Shown: in pieces, positions 9,902 to 19,508 of the stretch
Layout: the number at the start of each line of letters is the position of its first letter
Numbering within the stretch: the first letter of the stretch is position 1
Notes under the pieces: model-generated
The model's database searches: none
What the model was told of the DNA's origin: nothing
The model's input: only the letters and a program-made list of their open reading frames with translations
Source: a virus
Lineage: Duplodnaviria; Caudoviricetes
Reading direction: 5' to 3' (one strand)
Length of the DNA stretch: 52,455 bases
IMG/VR virus record: IMGVR_UViG_3300001533_001980
Span: 1 to 52,455 of that record
Translations under genes and position numbers: made by a program

Positions 9902-10909
9902 ATGGCAGACAGGATCATAGTTGTTGGGGCGAAGCGTGCTAGGCAAATAGTTCCCGCGTCCGAGATAGCGCAAATGTGCGGCAGAGGAGGGCGAAAGCAT
10001 GGCGGAAAAGCTTGCCGCGCAACAGTCATTGTGGAATCTGAGTTAGAAGATGAGATTATGGAAGGTATGGCTGATGGTGGAAACTTCAAAGTTAGTTCAT
10101 CTTTGGGGGATTCAAGCATGGTGGCGTTTCATATCCTTCCCGAGATAAGCCATCAGACTGTAACCGATGAGAAGACGGCTGAATCGTGGTACCGGCGTAG
10201 CTTCGGAGCCGCACAGGGAATCACTCCGGATTTCAAAGAGGTTTTTGATTTATTACGGGACGTGCAGGCTGTTACCTTGCGTGATGGCAAGTTTGAAGTT
10301 ACCGACGTGGGCAGAATAGCCGCACGGTTATATTTTCACCCGGCTGATGTGTGGGCGTGGAAAGACAACTTCGACACTATTTTTAAGTATCAGATTGAGG
10401 ACAACGATATAGCTGTTGCATGGGCGATGGGGACCGTTCCTTGCACCCGTATATCCGGAGATTTTGGGGATAAGTATTGGCCGGTGGTCGAGGAAACTAA
10501 AAATGAAATACCGCCCATTCTTGAGAAGTCGAAGGGTACAATCGTAACAATAACACTGTGGAGATATATCCTCGGGGGACCTTCTGTTGGTAAGATGCGT
10601 AATCAGGCTTTGTGTTTGAGAGATAACGGAAGTCGCATCTGTCAGGCATTGATAGATTTGGACTCCGCAATGGAATGGAGAAAGCAAACGTTTTTGAAAG
10701 AATTGGCGTGGCGACTCAAAGGGGGCATTCCATCGTATCTCGCCCCCCTATGCTGTCTTCCAGGCATAACCAAGGGGCGGGCTCGGTTTCTGTATGACCA
10801 GGGGTTTACCTGCCGTGGTGAAATTGCGGAGCGGTATCACAACTTAGAGGGAGATGTGGATGAACTGTTTTTGAAAGCGTTGAGGAACATCGCACATGGA
10901 TTTTGCTGA
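9902..10909 (+). CDS. Ski2/Hel308-like helicase, C-terminal half (motif VI, winged helix, ratchet, HhH)
   Basis: QMCGRGGR, TDVGRIAARLY, LPGITKGRARFLY. Confidence 0.85.
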   Translation: MADRIIVVGAKRARQIVPASEIAQMCGRGGRKHGGKACRATVIVESELEDEIMEGMADGGNFKVSSSLGDSSMVAFHILPEISHQTVTDEKTAESWYRRSFGAAQGITPDFKEVFDLLRDVQAVTLRDGKFEVTDVGRIAARLYFHPADVWAWKDNFDTIFKYQIEDNDIAVAWAMGTVPCTRISGDFGDKYWPVVEETKNEIPPILEKSKGTIVTITLWRYILGGPSVGKMRNQALCLRDNGSRICQALIDLDSAMEWRKQTFLKELAWRLKGGIPSYLAPLCCLPGITKGRARFLYDQGFTCRGEIAERYHNLEGDVDELFLKALRNIAHGFC

Positions 10910-11387
10910 TAGAGCCGTATCTGCTTTCGAGCGTGCGATTGAGGAAGGGAGGTTATCCAACCGCCATATCAGGGATGTGTTAAAATGCGAAAATGCAGAT
11001 ACGGGGTGCCTTAGCAAACATCTGTATTCTACTGATTCGATGGTGAGGCGCGGAGTCGCGAGGGTTATCGGAGGGGGATCTAAAGACCTTACTCCACTTC
11101 TCGATGCGGCTATGAGAGAGCGTGACCCACTAGTCTTGAGAGAGATGATTAGTATTTTGGGAAAGCGAAAGAGTGGGGCTCTGGTGATTGAGGGGATGAT
11201 CAGGTCGGATGACGCCCTTGTGAGGGAGGAAGCGATTTCCATGCTGAGACGGTCTGGAAACGCGGAATCGCTAGTTCCGTTACTTTTCGACAAGGACGAT
11301 GCTTTGGTGAGTAGAATAAAACGGTACCTACATGAGCAAAAAAGAGAACAGCGACCAGAGGGCTCCAGTCCCGGAAAACCCTGTTAG
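10896..11387 (+). CDS. HEAT-repeat protein
   Basis: Repeated VR..A...L / D.D.LVR motifs. Confidence 0.7.
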   Translation: MDFADRAVSAFERAIEEGRLSNRHIRDVLKCENADTGCLSKHLYSTDSMVRRGVARVIGGGSKDLTPLLDAAMRERDPLVLREMISILGKRKSGALVIEGMIRSDDALVREEAISMLRRSGNAESLVPLLFDKDDALVSRIKRYLHEQKREQRPEGSSPGKPC

Positions 11388-12042
11388 TGGTTTTCAGATG
11401 ACTGTCTGTATTTTGGCGCGTCAACTTGGAATAGATAAGATATCGGAAGTTTTCCACTATGTGGAGATTCTATCGGATGCGTGTGATCGTTATATATTCG
11501 AGGATGTTCACAAGGTATCTCCTAAGAAAAAAACAGATACCGAGCGCAAACGATTCATCGCTGTATTTAAGTCTCGATATTTGCAGTTCACTGACTATGA
11601 GTATGATCGTGCGATTACCGGGGTCGATAGTCGCATGGTGGATCAAACAATCAAGGGGCTCGAAAAGGACGGTTTTACGCTGGATGAATATCTTAGGTGG
11701 GCGTTTGACGATTTCTATGTCGAAAATCCAAAGTTCTGTCCTCCTACTATCAAGCAGGTATGTAGTAGTTTCGTGATAGAGCGGTTCCGATTCCTTAATC
11801 GCGATAAGATGAAACAGAAATACCGGGACGAGTTGAACAGAAAAGAGGGCATGTCCCTTATTGGTCGCGGGCGGGTTCTTTTGAGGACGGCAAAGCAAGC
11901 AGGTATGGAGGAAAAAAGAGAACAAGTCAAAAAAACGCTCTCGGAGTATGGGGCGAGGAGTATAATCTTAGGTGAATTCAGAAGGCGGATAGAATTATTC
12001 GAGGCAGAGGCTGTGGGTTGGGCATTAAACAAGGAGACATAA
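11332..12042 (+). CDS. Hypothetical protein in the replication operon
   Basis: Long ORF overlapping its upstream neighbour; no recognised motif. Confidence 0.7.
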   Translation: MSKKENSDQRAPVPENPVSGFQMTVCILARQLGIDKISEVFHYVEILSDACDRYIFEDVHKVSPKKKTDTERKRFIAVFKSRYLQFTDYEYDRAITGVDSRMVDQTIKGLEKDGFTLDEYLRWAFDDFYVENPKFCPPTIKQVCSSFVIERFRFLNRDKMKQKYRDELNRKEGMSLIGRGRVLLRTAKQAGMEEKREQVKKTLSEYGARSIILGEFRRRIELFEAEAVGWALNKET

Positions 12043-12043
12043 G

Positions 12044-12634
12044 GTGGCAAATGTGATCGAAAATATAATGGCAACATGTGATGGCTTGGGAGACATGAAG
12101 CTTTGCGGCATCAAGCTGGAAGATGCCAGTCGGGACTTACTTAACGTAATGGATGGGTTTCTCGATCAGCATGTGGCAATGCAGCCCGCAGCCATGGCTT
12201 ACTACCTAACCCTCAAAAAGACCGCGAAACGGCGACTTGACAATGCCCATGCGGCCCACGACAGATGGGAAAAGAAACTGTATGCGCTGTCCAAAGCCGC
12301 CGTCGAGTCTGGCACAACTGCTAAATCGGCTATAAAGGTAGAGGACGTTAAGGCCCGATTCATTGTCGACAACGAACCGGAAATCGAGAAGTGGGAGGCA
12401 AGGATCGGCAGGGCGCAGGAGGAATATGACACTTTGGACGCATGGTGTGAGGCGTGGAAGCAGAAATCGTTCTCTTTGAGGGAGTATATATCCATAGAGG
12501 AAGACGAGAGATTCGGTGGAAGCGATTCTATAGCGGAAAACCGGAAAGGAGGGAATGCACGGACGGATGACGATCAACGCATTGACAGGGTTCGTCAAAT
12601 GATCCGAAAAAAAAGGAACCAGTCTACAGTCTAG
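12044..12634 (+). CDS. UvsY-like recombination mediator (putative)
   Basis: Helical protein directly upstream of SSB and RecA; AAMAYY...AWKQKSFSL pattern. Confidence 0.45.
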   Translation: MANVIENIMATCDGLGDMKLCGIKLEDASRDLLNVMDGFLDQHVAMQPAAMAYYLTLKKTAKRRLDNAHAAHDRWEKKLYALSKAAVESGTTAKSAIKVEDVKARFIVDNEPEIEKWEARIGRAQEEYDTLDAWCEAWKQKSFSLREYISIEEDERFGGSDSIAENRKGGNARTDDDQRIDRVRQMIRKKRNQSTV

Positions 12635-12719
12635 TGAGTACAATATAAATGGGCTGACCAGGCAGCAACGGGCTGACGAGGCAGCGAGGCGACAAAGCAA
12701 CAAGATACAGGAGATAGAC

Positions 12720-13688
12720 ATGTCAACGTTAGACAAAATCAGGAAACTCAGATCCAGCAATCCGCAAGGCGGCAACGCCAAACTACGGGGAATTTTTCAC
12801 ACGTGGAAAGACGGCGACAACATCGTCCGTCTTGTGGGCGAATTCCTCGAAACGAAAACCCACTTCATTGCACCTGCGCCGAAACGCGGTGAACGCGGTC
12901 TGTGTCAGCAGGTGGCCTTCTCTGGCAACGATAAGATGCCGCAGGTCATCAACTGTCTGGATTGGGACGTGAAAAAGGAAGAGGAACGACGGGGTGGATG
13001 CCCAATCTGCCGCCTTCACGCCATTGCCAGGCAAGTGTTGAAGGACGAATGCACAGAAGAAGAAAGGAAATTGTTCGACAAATTAAGGCAGGACACGGCC
13101 CCCCGGACACTTTTAAAGTGGAACATTCTCGACAGGGATGATCCATTCGTGTTGTCTGTGGAGGATGGCGCGGAACGCAAGGTTTTGGGTTTCAAAATTG
13201 CGAGCGTTGGAAAAGAGGCGTGGGCCGATATTGATGGTATTTTCGATCAGATGGGATTCGATATCTCTGACGTGGAAGACGGGATCGACATCTGTGTGAC
13301 CAAGGCAAATAATGGCACGAGGGTCGCTTATTCCGCTAAGGCGGTCATTGATAAGTCCACAAAGCCTCCGTCTGCGAAGATGACGCCCCTTACGGACGAA
13401 GAGAAACAGCTCGCAAGGCACGACCTTGAGCAAATTTGCGGGAAATACGTCGAAGCGAGGCGCATTCTCGATGCCCTCCACGAAGATTACCGAGATCTGC
13501 TGGAGGTCAATGACGGAGCCGGTGACGATGTCTCGCTTGGCGTAGACAGCGACGAGGCTGACGATGCGGAAACGGAAGCCGCGCAGTCCGCTGTGTCCGA
13601 AGACGACGGTGATGGTCTACTGTCTGGTACGATTCCGACGAATAAGGTTCGGCGCACTCCTGTCAAAGAGGGCTCGGAAAAAAACTGA
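12720..13688 (+). CDS. gp32-like single-stranded DNA-binding protein
   Basis: GDNIVRLV, CPIC, NILDRD, GIDICVTK and an acidic C-terminal tail; lies between UvsY-like and recA. Confidence 0.75.
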   Translation: MSTLDKIRKLRSSNPQGGNAKLRGIFHTWKDGDNIVRLVGEFLETKTHFIAPAPKRGERGLCQQVAFSGNDKMPQVINCLDWDVKKEEERRGGCPICRLHAIARQVLKDECTEEERKLFDKLRQDTAPRTLLKWNILDRDDPFVLSVEDGAERKVLGFKIASVGKEAWADIDGIFDQMGFDISDVEDGIDICVTKANNGTRVAYSAKAVIDKSTKPPSAKMTPLTDEEKQLARHDLEQICGKYVEARRILDALHEDYRDLLEVNDGAGDDVSLGVDSDEADDAETEAAQSAVSEDDGDGLLSGTIPTNKVRRTPVKEGSEKN

Positions 13689-13718
13689 CATTGGCCTCTC
13701 CCGATAAGGAGGGGCCGG
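13679..13718 (+). promoter_or_regulatory. -1 programmed ribosomal frameshift signal
   Basis: In-frame A_AAA_AAC heptamer at 13679-13685, 5-nt spacer, then an 11-bp stem ttggcctctcc/ggaggggccgg. Confidence 0.75.
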
Positions 13719-13873
13719 TCGGAGAGGATATGAAACCCAAACCGGGTGCCGATTTCGCTGGTTCATTGGCAAAACCGGAGGACTTTATGTGCTTTGGCAC
13801 GATTGATCCTGATCATCCGGAGTGCAAGGAATGCCCTTTGCGTGACAAGTGCGCGGCGGAGTCATCCCAGTAG
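13691..13873 (+). CDS. Cys4 module, probably the -1 frameshift extension of SSB
   Basis: CFGTIDPDHPECKECPLRDKC; lies in the -1 frame of ssb; its TTG start is buried in the hairpin. Confidence 0.7.
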   Translation: MASPDKEGPVGEDMKPKPGADFAGSLAKPEDFMCFGTIDPDHPECKECPLRDKCAAESSQ

Positions 13874-13882
13874 AAAAGAAAT

Positions 13883-13908
13883 GAGGGGCGGCCTTCGGGC
13901 CGCCCTTC
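13883..13908 (+). terminator. GC-rich hairpin with cUUCGg loop
   Basis: gaggggcggc-cttcgg-gccgcccttc; the U-tract is weak. Confidence 0.5.
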
Positions 13909-13923
13909 CCTTGAGGCGTAAAA

Positions 13924-15081
13924 ATGAGTAGCAAATCTGAATCAAGAGAATCTCGCATATCTCGTATCTGCTCAGAAATCAATAAAAGCGATTGGGGAGG
14001 AGAGGACAACAATGCTGTAACGTGGCTGGGGTCACGAGAAACGGTATCCATTCCGCGTTGGTCCTCTGGGTGTCCGGCATTGGATGACGCCCTTGGGGGC
14101 GGATGGCCGAAGGGCCGGTTCATTGAATTTTTCGGACCACCCAGCGGCGGAAAAACCACAGCTTGTTATCACGCTATTGCGGAACATCAGAAAGCGTTTC
14201 CAGATGAAGATTGTGGACTTGTGGATTCTGAATTTACTTTCGATGAGGAATATGCGCAGGCTATTGGGGTAAATACTAAATATCTCATTGTTCATCAACC
14301 TGAACACGGGAAACAAGCTCTCAATGTACTTGGGATGTTCATCAAGATGGGATTGGGGCTGTGCGTTGTGGATTCGGTAGCCGCATTGACTACGAAGGAA
14401 GAGTTGGAGGGGGATGTCGGCAACATTCAAGTTGGCGCTCAAGCTCGTATGATGTCTACTGCTCTTAAGCGGTTGACCGCAGAAGCGGGACTGCGGCACA
14501 CATCGGTTATCTGGACCAACCAGATTCGAGAGAAGATCGGCGTCAAGTGGGGAAATCCCGAAACCACGCCAGCGGGTCATGCTCTTAAGCATTATGCGTC
14601 CATCCGATGTCGTTTTAATCATATTGGCAACATCAAAGAGGGTGATGAAATAGTATCATCCAAGACTCGTGCGGATGTTCAAAAAAATAAAACTTCAGCA
14701 CCATTTCGCCGTGCGGAGTTCTGTATTACATTTGGCATAGGCATTGATATAGTTGCGGCTATCCTTGACGACGCGATTGCCTATAAAGTGGTTGACAAGA
14801 GGGGTTCGTGGCTCTCTTTCGAGGGTGAACAACTTGGTCAGGGAAGGGCAATCGTATTGTCCATGTTGCGGTCAGACGCGGCAATGACGGATCGAATTCG
14901 GAAAGCACTTGAAGATAAGAAGTTGCTAATCGAGACGGGAGGCAAGACCATCAACGTAAGTGAGAAAGAAACTGCTGGCAAAGAGATCAAGAGACCAAAA
15001 AGGACTCCCGTGATGGACGAAGTGGATCAAGACGAGATTGGAAGTTCGGACGGCGCGGAGGTGTATGTCGAAGATGCGTAG
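13924..15081 (+). CDS. recA: RecA recombinase
   Basis: GPPSGGKTT, VVDSVAAL, GAQARMMS, NQIREKIG, LKHYASIR. Confidence 0.97.
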   Translation: MSSKSESRESRISRICSEINKSDWGGEDNNAVTWLGSRETVSIPRWSSGCPALDDALGGGWPKGRFIEFFGPPSGGKTTACYHAIAEHQKAFPDEDCGLVDSEFTFDEEYAQAIGVNTKYLIVHQPEHGKQALNVLGMFIKMGLGLCVVDSVAALTTKEELEGDVGNIQVGAQARMMSTALKRLTAEAGLRHTSVIWTNQIREKIGVKWGNPETTPAGHALKHYASIRCRFNHIGNIKEGDEIVSSKTRADVQKNKTSAPFRRAEFCITFGIGIDIVAAILDDAIAYKVVDKRGSWLSFEGEQLGQGRAIVLSMLRSDAAMTDRIRKALEDKKLLIETGGKTINVSEKETAGKEIKRPKRTPVMDEVDQDEIGSSDGAEVYVEDA

Positions 15082-16027
15082 CCGTCCAAAACTGTTACTG
15101 ATAGATGGCAATAATATGGCTCATCGGGTCTTCTGGGCACAGCGAAAAAGAAGACCCGATGGGACATCCTCGTCTGGACTGTCGTATCATGGAAAGGAGG
15201 TTGACCTTGTTTACGGGTTCTTCCGTCAACTGATCCATTTGCACAAGAAATATCCGGAGCATTTTCGCATTATCGTATGGGACGGTGGATATGACAGGAG
15301 ACTTGCCGAATCTACTCGGGGAGTAGAGGCGGGCATAATTCCTTCTGCTTACAAACAACCACGGCGGGCGTCCCAAGAGGAGAAGGAGAACGATCCCGAC
15401 CAGATTAGCTTGCGAGAACAAATGCAAGAAATCAAGTTCGCGCTTGACCTTGTAAAGTGTCTACAGGTCACAATGCAAGGATGCGAGGCTGACGATATCA
15501 TTTATACATATGCGAGAACGTATGCACTATGGGACGCGGACTGCGTTGTCGTTTCCACGGATAAGGACTTCATGCAAGTTCTTGATGGAAATACAATCAT
15601 TTACGATGCTATGAATAAAGAGGTTTGGAGCGAGCAGCGATTTAAACTTGAATTCGGTTTCTCTCCTCGCTTGTGGGTTGATGCCGGTGCCCTTATGGGG
15701 GAAGTTGGTAATTCCAAGGACAACATATTCGGGGTGGACGGATGGGGTCCCAAAACATCCTACGCATATGTGTCCAAGTATGGAGACATTGATTCTATTA
15801 TTGCCTTTATCGAGTCTAAGGCGGCAGGAGAGAGGGGAAAGAAAGAGCAGGTGCTTCTCGAACAGGTGCCAAGGTTGAGACTGGCCAAATCTTTGAAACA
15901 GATGGATATCATCCCGGAAGTGCCCAAGCCCCGTTGTCCGCCTAGGGACGCGGATGCGATTAAATCGTTCTTCTTGGAATGGGGGTTTGCCAGCTTGCTA
16001 AAGGAGGTGGACAGATTAGTGATGTGA
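15074..16027 (+). CDS. 5'-3' exonuclease / flap endonuclease
   Basis: LLIDGNN, EADDII, STDKDFMQ, DNIFGVDGWGPKT. Confidence 0.92.
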   Translation: MRSRPKLLLIDGNNMAHRVFWAQRKRRPDGTSSSGLSYHGKEVDLVYGFFRQLIHLHKKYPEHFRIIVWDGGYDRRLAESTRGVEAGIIPSAYKQPRRASQEEKENDPDQISLREQMQEIKFALDLVKCLQVTMQGCEADDIIYTYARTYALWDADCVVVSTDKDFMQVLDGNTIIYDAMNKEVWSEQRFKLEFGFSPRLWVDAGALMGEVGNSKDNIFGVDGWGPKTSYAYVSKYGDIDSIIAFIESKAAGERGKKEQVLLEQVPRLRLAKSLKQMDIIPEVPKPRCPPRDADAIKSFFLEWGFASLLKEVDRLVM

Positions 16028-16632
16028 GTACATATATTGAAATGAGACGGAAGGCAATCATCCTGGACAACAAGGGAGATTACAATCTTGCGGAGTCGCA
16101 GATGAACCCTGCTATTTTTGACGAATTCATCAGGTCACTTAGGCGAGAGAGTTTACCAACTGTCGTATGGGAGCCATTTGCCAACTCAGTTTCCAGAAGC
16201 AGATTACTAGAGTCTGCTGTTGATGCTGGTGCGGTTCTCATATCCCAATCCATTAATCCGAAAGACAGCCGCATTTTGTCAGCAGATTCGACAGTCACGG
16301 GTCCTGGGGTGCAAATCGGGGGCATTCTCTTCCATCCTCCTTACTACGGCTCCGCGCCTATCTCGAATGATAGACGGGATGTCGCTCTGTCAGTTTCATC
16401 GGGCACCTATCTGAAAAGACTGGGGTGCGTTATAGACCAGGCTGAACCGTGGATGGTGCATAACGGTATGGCTTGCGTTATTGCCCGAGATTACCGTATA
16501 CATGGGGAAAGAATCAGGTTAGATTTATGGATGCTTGAATTGTTCGAGTCAAAAGGGTACTGTTTAATCGATGTCTGGAAGAGCGAGCCTGATGTCGTTT
16601 TAATTTTGACGGGAGCGCCTAAAAAGCAATGA
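16024..16632 (+). CDS. Amino-methyltransferase-like protein (HPPY), degenerate motif I
   Basis: VWEPFA without the glycine loop; ILFHPPYY. Confidence 0.55.
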   Translation: MSTYIEMRRKAIILDNKGDYNLAESQMNPAIFDEFIRSLRRESLPTVVWEPFANSVSRSRLLESAVDAGAVLISQSINPKDSRILSADSTVTGPGVQIGGILFHPPYYGSAPISNDRRDVALSVSSGTYLKRLGCVIDQAEPWMVHNGMACVIARDYRIHGERIRLDLWMLELFESKGYCLIDVWKSEPDVVLILTGAPKKQ

Positions 16633-17204
16633 ATCCATTTGACGGAATGAAAATAGGAATCGTGGGAACTGCCGGTACGGGTAAAAGCTCTCTCGCTCGT
16701 GCCCTATCCCAGTCTCTTGGTTTGCAGCTTCTGGAAGCAAAGGTCATAACTCAGGATATTCTCGACCGAGACGGGTACGACCACACATCGGGGATACAGG
16801 TAGAGCGGTTTCTTGCTCATACGGGACGGCAAAATGAGATACTTCGCCGAACTATGGAGATGGAGGATTCATCTACCGACGGCTTCGTCAGTGATCGGAC
16901 GGTAGTGGATTTGGCGGCTTATGTCGTAGCCGAACTTTATAATGCAGATATCGACGGACTGAAGCACATCTTTAGTACTTGTCGGAGGAGAGTTGAAAAC
17001 TACACTCACATGTTTTTCTGCCCATGGAAGGATAAGCCGTTTGAGAACAACGACAAGCGCACTCTTAATCCTTGGTATCAGTTCAAAATACATGCCCTAG
17101 AGATAGGCATTCTTGATTCATGGGATAGAGAATTTTGCGTTGTAGGGGTCGAGGGAACGGACGAACGTGTCCAGTGCATAACTGAAATGTTGGCAGGGAA
17201 GTAA
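16629..17204 (+). CDS. P-loop NTPase / nucleotide kinase-like (AAA_28/NadR type)
   Basis: GTAGTGKSS and FVSDRTVVDLAAY. Confidence 0.8.
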   Translation: MNPFDGMKIGIVGTAGTGKSSLARALSQSLGLQLLEAKVITQDILDRDGYDHTSGIQVERFLAHTGRQNEILRRTMEMEDSSTDGFVSDRTVVDLAAYVVAELYNADIDGLKHIFSTCRRRVENYTHMFFCPWKDKPFENNDKRTLNPWYQFKIHALEIGILDSWDREFCVVGVEGTDERVQCITEMLAGK

Positions 17205-17226
17205 TAGCGAAGGAAGGAGTCATAAA

Positions 17227-17493
17227 ATGGCTTACAGGGCAAACATAACGGATAAGCAGCAGGTTGATATCGAGCGAGCACAGGACGATTCCGCAATTCG
17301 GTTTCCTTGGTTTGATGGCAAATCGCAACAGGCAGGGGCAGTTAAGGGCGTCAGGGCTTTAGATGCACAGCCGAATGGTGGGGACGGAGAGCAGACGAGC
17401 GATGCTCGTAAGATGGTCAGTGGCAGCATTGCGGGAGGAATAGGGTCGCACGACGACCATCCGTCCCGCTTTGAGACCCCAGGAAAAGCTTGA
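17227..17493 (+). CDS. Small hypothetical protein
   Basis: AAGGAG RBS. Confidence 0.6.
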   Translation: MAYRANITDKQQVDIERAQDDSAIRFPWFDGKSQQAGAVKGVRALDAQPNGGDGEQTSDARKMVSGSIAGGIGSHDDHPSRFETPGKA

Positions 17494-17605
17494 ACGAATT
17501 TTTCAAGCATTTAGCATCCTCTACCGTGTATAATGCGGCATGAGGGAAATATGATTTTTGCTTTTTGCCGCCAATCTCGCTTTCGGAATATATCTACGTT
17601 TTATT

Positions 17606-17634
17606 TCAGAATCCTGACGCCGTTGTGCAATGAA
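17606..17634 (+). promoter_or_regulatory. TCAGAATC-N11-GTGCAATGAA motif, copy 1
   Basis: Same bipartite motif occurs six times with an invariant 11-nt spacer. Confidence 0.8.
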
Positions 17635-17649
17635 GGGGCGTGAGGACGA

Positions 17650-18784
17650 AATGAGTGAGATGTATCATTGCCCGAATTGCAGAAAAGCAACAGACGCAAG
17701 CCAAATCCTTGTGATGAATGGGATTGACGATGTTTTAACAGTCAAGTGCGCATGTGGCTGGGCGGATACCCCGCTTGGAGTTCCCGCTCCCACTAATTGC
17801 TTTGTTGACTTTTCCATGTCAAATGGAACGTCCATTCGGTGCGTCGCAATTGTCCGTGACGGAATCAGGGTGGGCGTTGGTGCCATTTACGGACTAGAAA
17901 AGAATATACACGAGTGGCGTGCCTTCCAGGTACATGGCTCGTCTGTTACGGCTTTTCGATTCGATACGTCCAAAATATCGGTTATCCAGACGACGAGCAA
18001 GACCGAAACAGATTTTCACGGATGGCTCGTTGGGTTTGGTGGACTGGGTATGTTCAAACTCGGCGCGGATTCGGATACAGTAACCACTGGTAGTACCGAG
18101 TCCCAAGACATATTTTCCGTGTTGACCGTGGAATTAGATGATGGGTCTATTCGCCAATTGAAGTGGGACACTGTCGTATCGTGGTCTGGGCGGCTTATGG
18201 ACGCGGAAAAACAAATCCGTGAATACGTAGACTTAACACCTAAATGGCTATATGTGTGTCCGGCTTGCGGGAATCGGCATTTGAATGCTGATAATTGCAA
18301 CGTAGTCAGACTTGTTTGTGGCGGGTGTTCAGAGACATTTCTGGGAAGTGAGATGTGCCCTGTCTTGGTGGTACAGCCGTTTGTGGACAAAGCGGTACGG
18401 CAATTGATGGGGGCGACGCGGGATAAAAATAAACCACTAGCGGGTTGGGCTACATACGCAGCAGTTAGTTGTTGGATATGTGCATTCCTATGCTTAATTT
18501 GGCTCGCAATGCCGATCATCGCCTTTCTTTTCTTTTGCGCCGGTCTCACAGTCCTTATTATTAAGAAGGAGGTGGGGCTGTTTCCGCAGAATTACATCAA
18601 GAATAATCAGTCATCGATGGATTGTTCTAATTTTCGCAAAGCCCGGTCTGAACTCGAATCAATTCGCGCAAGCAATGCGATACTGAGTAACGATCTAAAA
18701 CCAGTATCTCGACTTGCGCAACGGATACTAAAAGATCAATTTGGAATCAATAAACCGTCGGAAGCTGCTTTTGGTGAAATATGA
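17650..18784 (+). CDS. Zinc-ribbon membrane protein
   Basis: Several CxxC pairs and a C-terminal hydrophobic hairpin. Confidence 0.7.
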
Positions 18785-19296
18785 TTTTTAAGTGCAAGCA
18801 TTGCAACCGTGATGTCAAAGTGCCCGTAGAGTGTCTTGGTTTGGATGGGGAATGTCCTTATTGCGGCATGGCGGTCAAATTCGGCCCGCCGGTTCTCCGG
18901 GAGCCACCTTCTTTATTTAAGAAGCAATTATCTTGCCGCTATAGTCCTAAGATTTTTTTAATTGCCCTACTGGTAGTTGCTGCATCGCTTGTGTGCATCT
19001 TTGAGCCCGATAGCAATACTAATTCTTCGCGCGGCGCATCATTGCGGAGATACAGTGATACGCAACGGTGGAATAAAGCCCGAGTATACGTCCAAGCGTA
19101 TCTAAGGGGTGACCCGTGTGTGAGGATACGCCTGCCGACGCATAACGATGCTTATAGTGATGGAAAAGGAGGTAGTCATTACATGGTGTCGGGATATCTG
19201 GAATGTCAAAACGTATATGGAGCGATGATTCGCAAGCGATATGTCGTTCGGATGGATATGAAGGATTTGTCCCTGTTGGAACTGTCTCTCCGGTGA
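18781..19296 (+). CDS. Zinc-ribbon + TM + extracytoplasmic domain protein
   Basis: CKHC...CPYCG, one TM helix, SGYLECQNVYGAMIR motif. Confidence 0.7.
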   Translation: MIFKCKHCNRDVKVPVECLGLDGECPYCGMAVKFGPPVLREPPSLFKKQLSCRYSPKIFLIALLVVAASLVCIFEPDSNTNSSRGASLRRYSDTQRWNKARVYVQAYLRGDPCVRIRLPTHNDAYSDGKGGSHYMVSGYLECQNVYGAMIRKRYVVRMDMKDLSLLELSLR

Positions 19297-19379
19297 TTTC
19301 CTTTGAACCGTAGTGGGTAAACATTTATTTTCAAAAAGGTGGTTGACACCAAATCGGTTTCGTGATAGGTTCTTGAAAA

Positions 19380-19508
19380 ATGAATAAGCACGCACAAGCA
19401 TTAGGCAGGCTGGCAAAGGGGAAGCCGAAGACTTTGACGAAAGCTGAAATCGACAGGAGAACCAAGCAGCTTGCCGAATCTCGCAAGAAGAGATGGTCCA
19501 AGAAATGA
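19380..19508 (+). CDS. 42-aa basic peptide coupled to tnpB
   Basis: MNKHAQALGRLAKGKPKTLTKAEIDRRTKQLAESRKKRWSKK; its stop overlaps the tnpB ATG (ATGA). Confidence 0.6.
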   Translation: MNKHAQALGRLAKGKPKTLTKAEIDRRTKQLAESRKKRWSKK

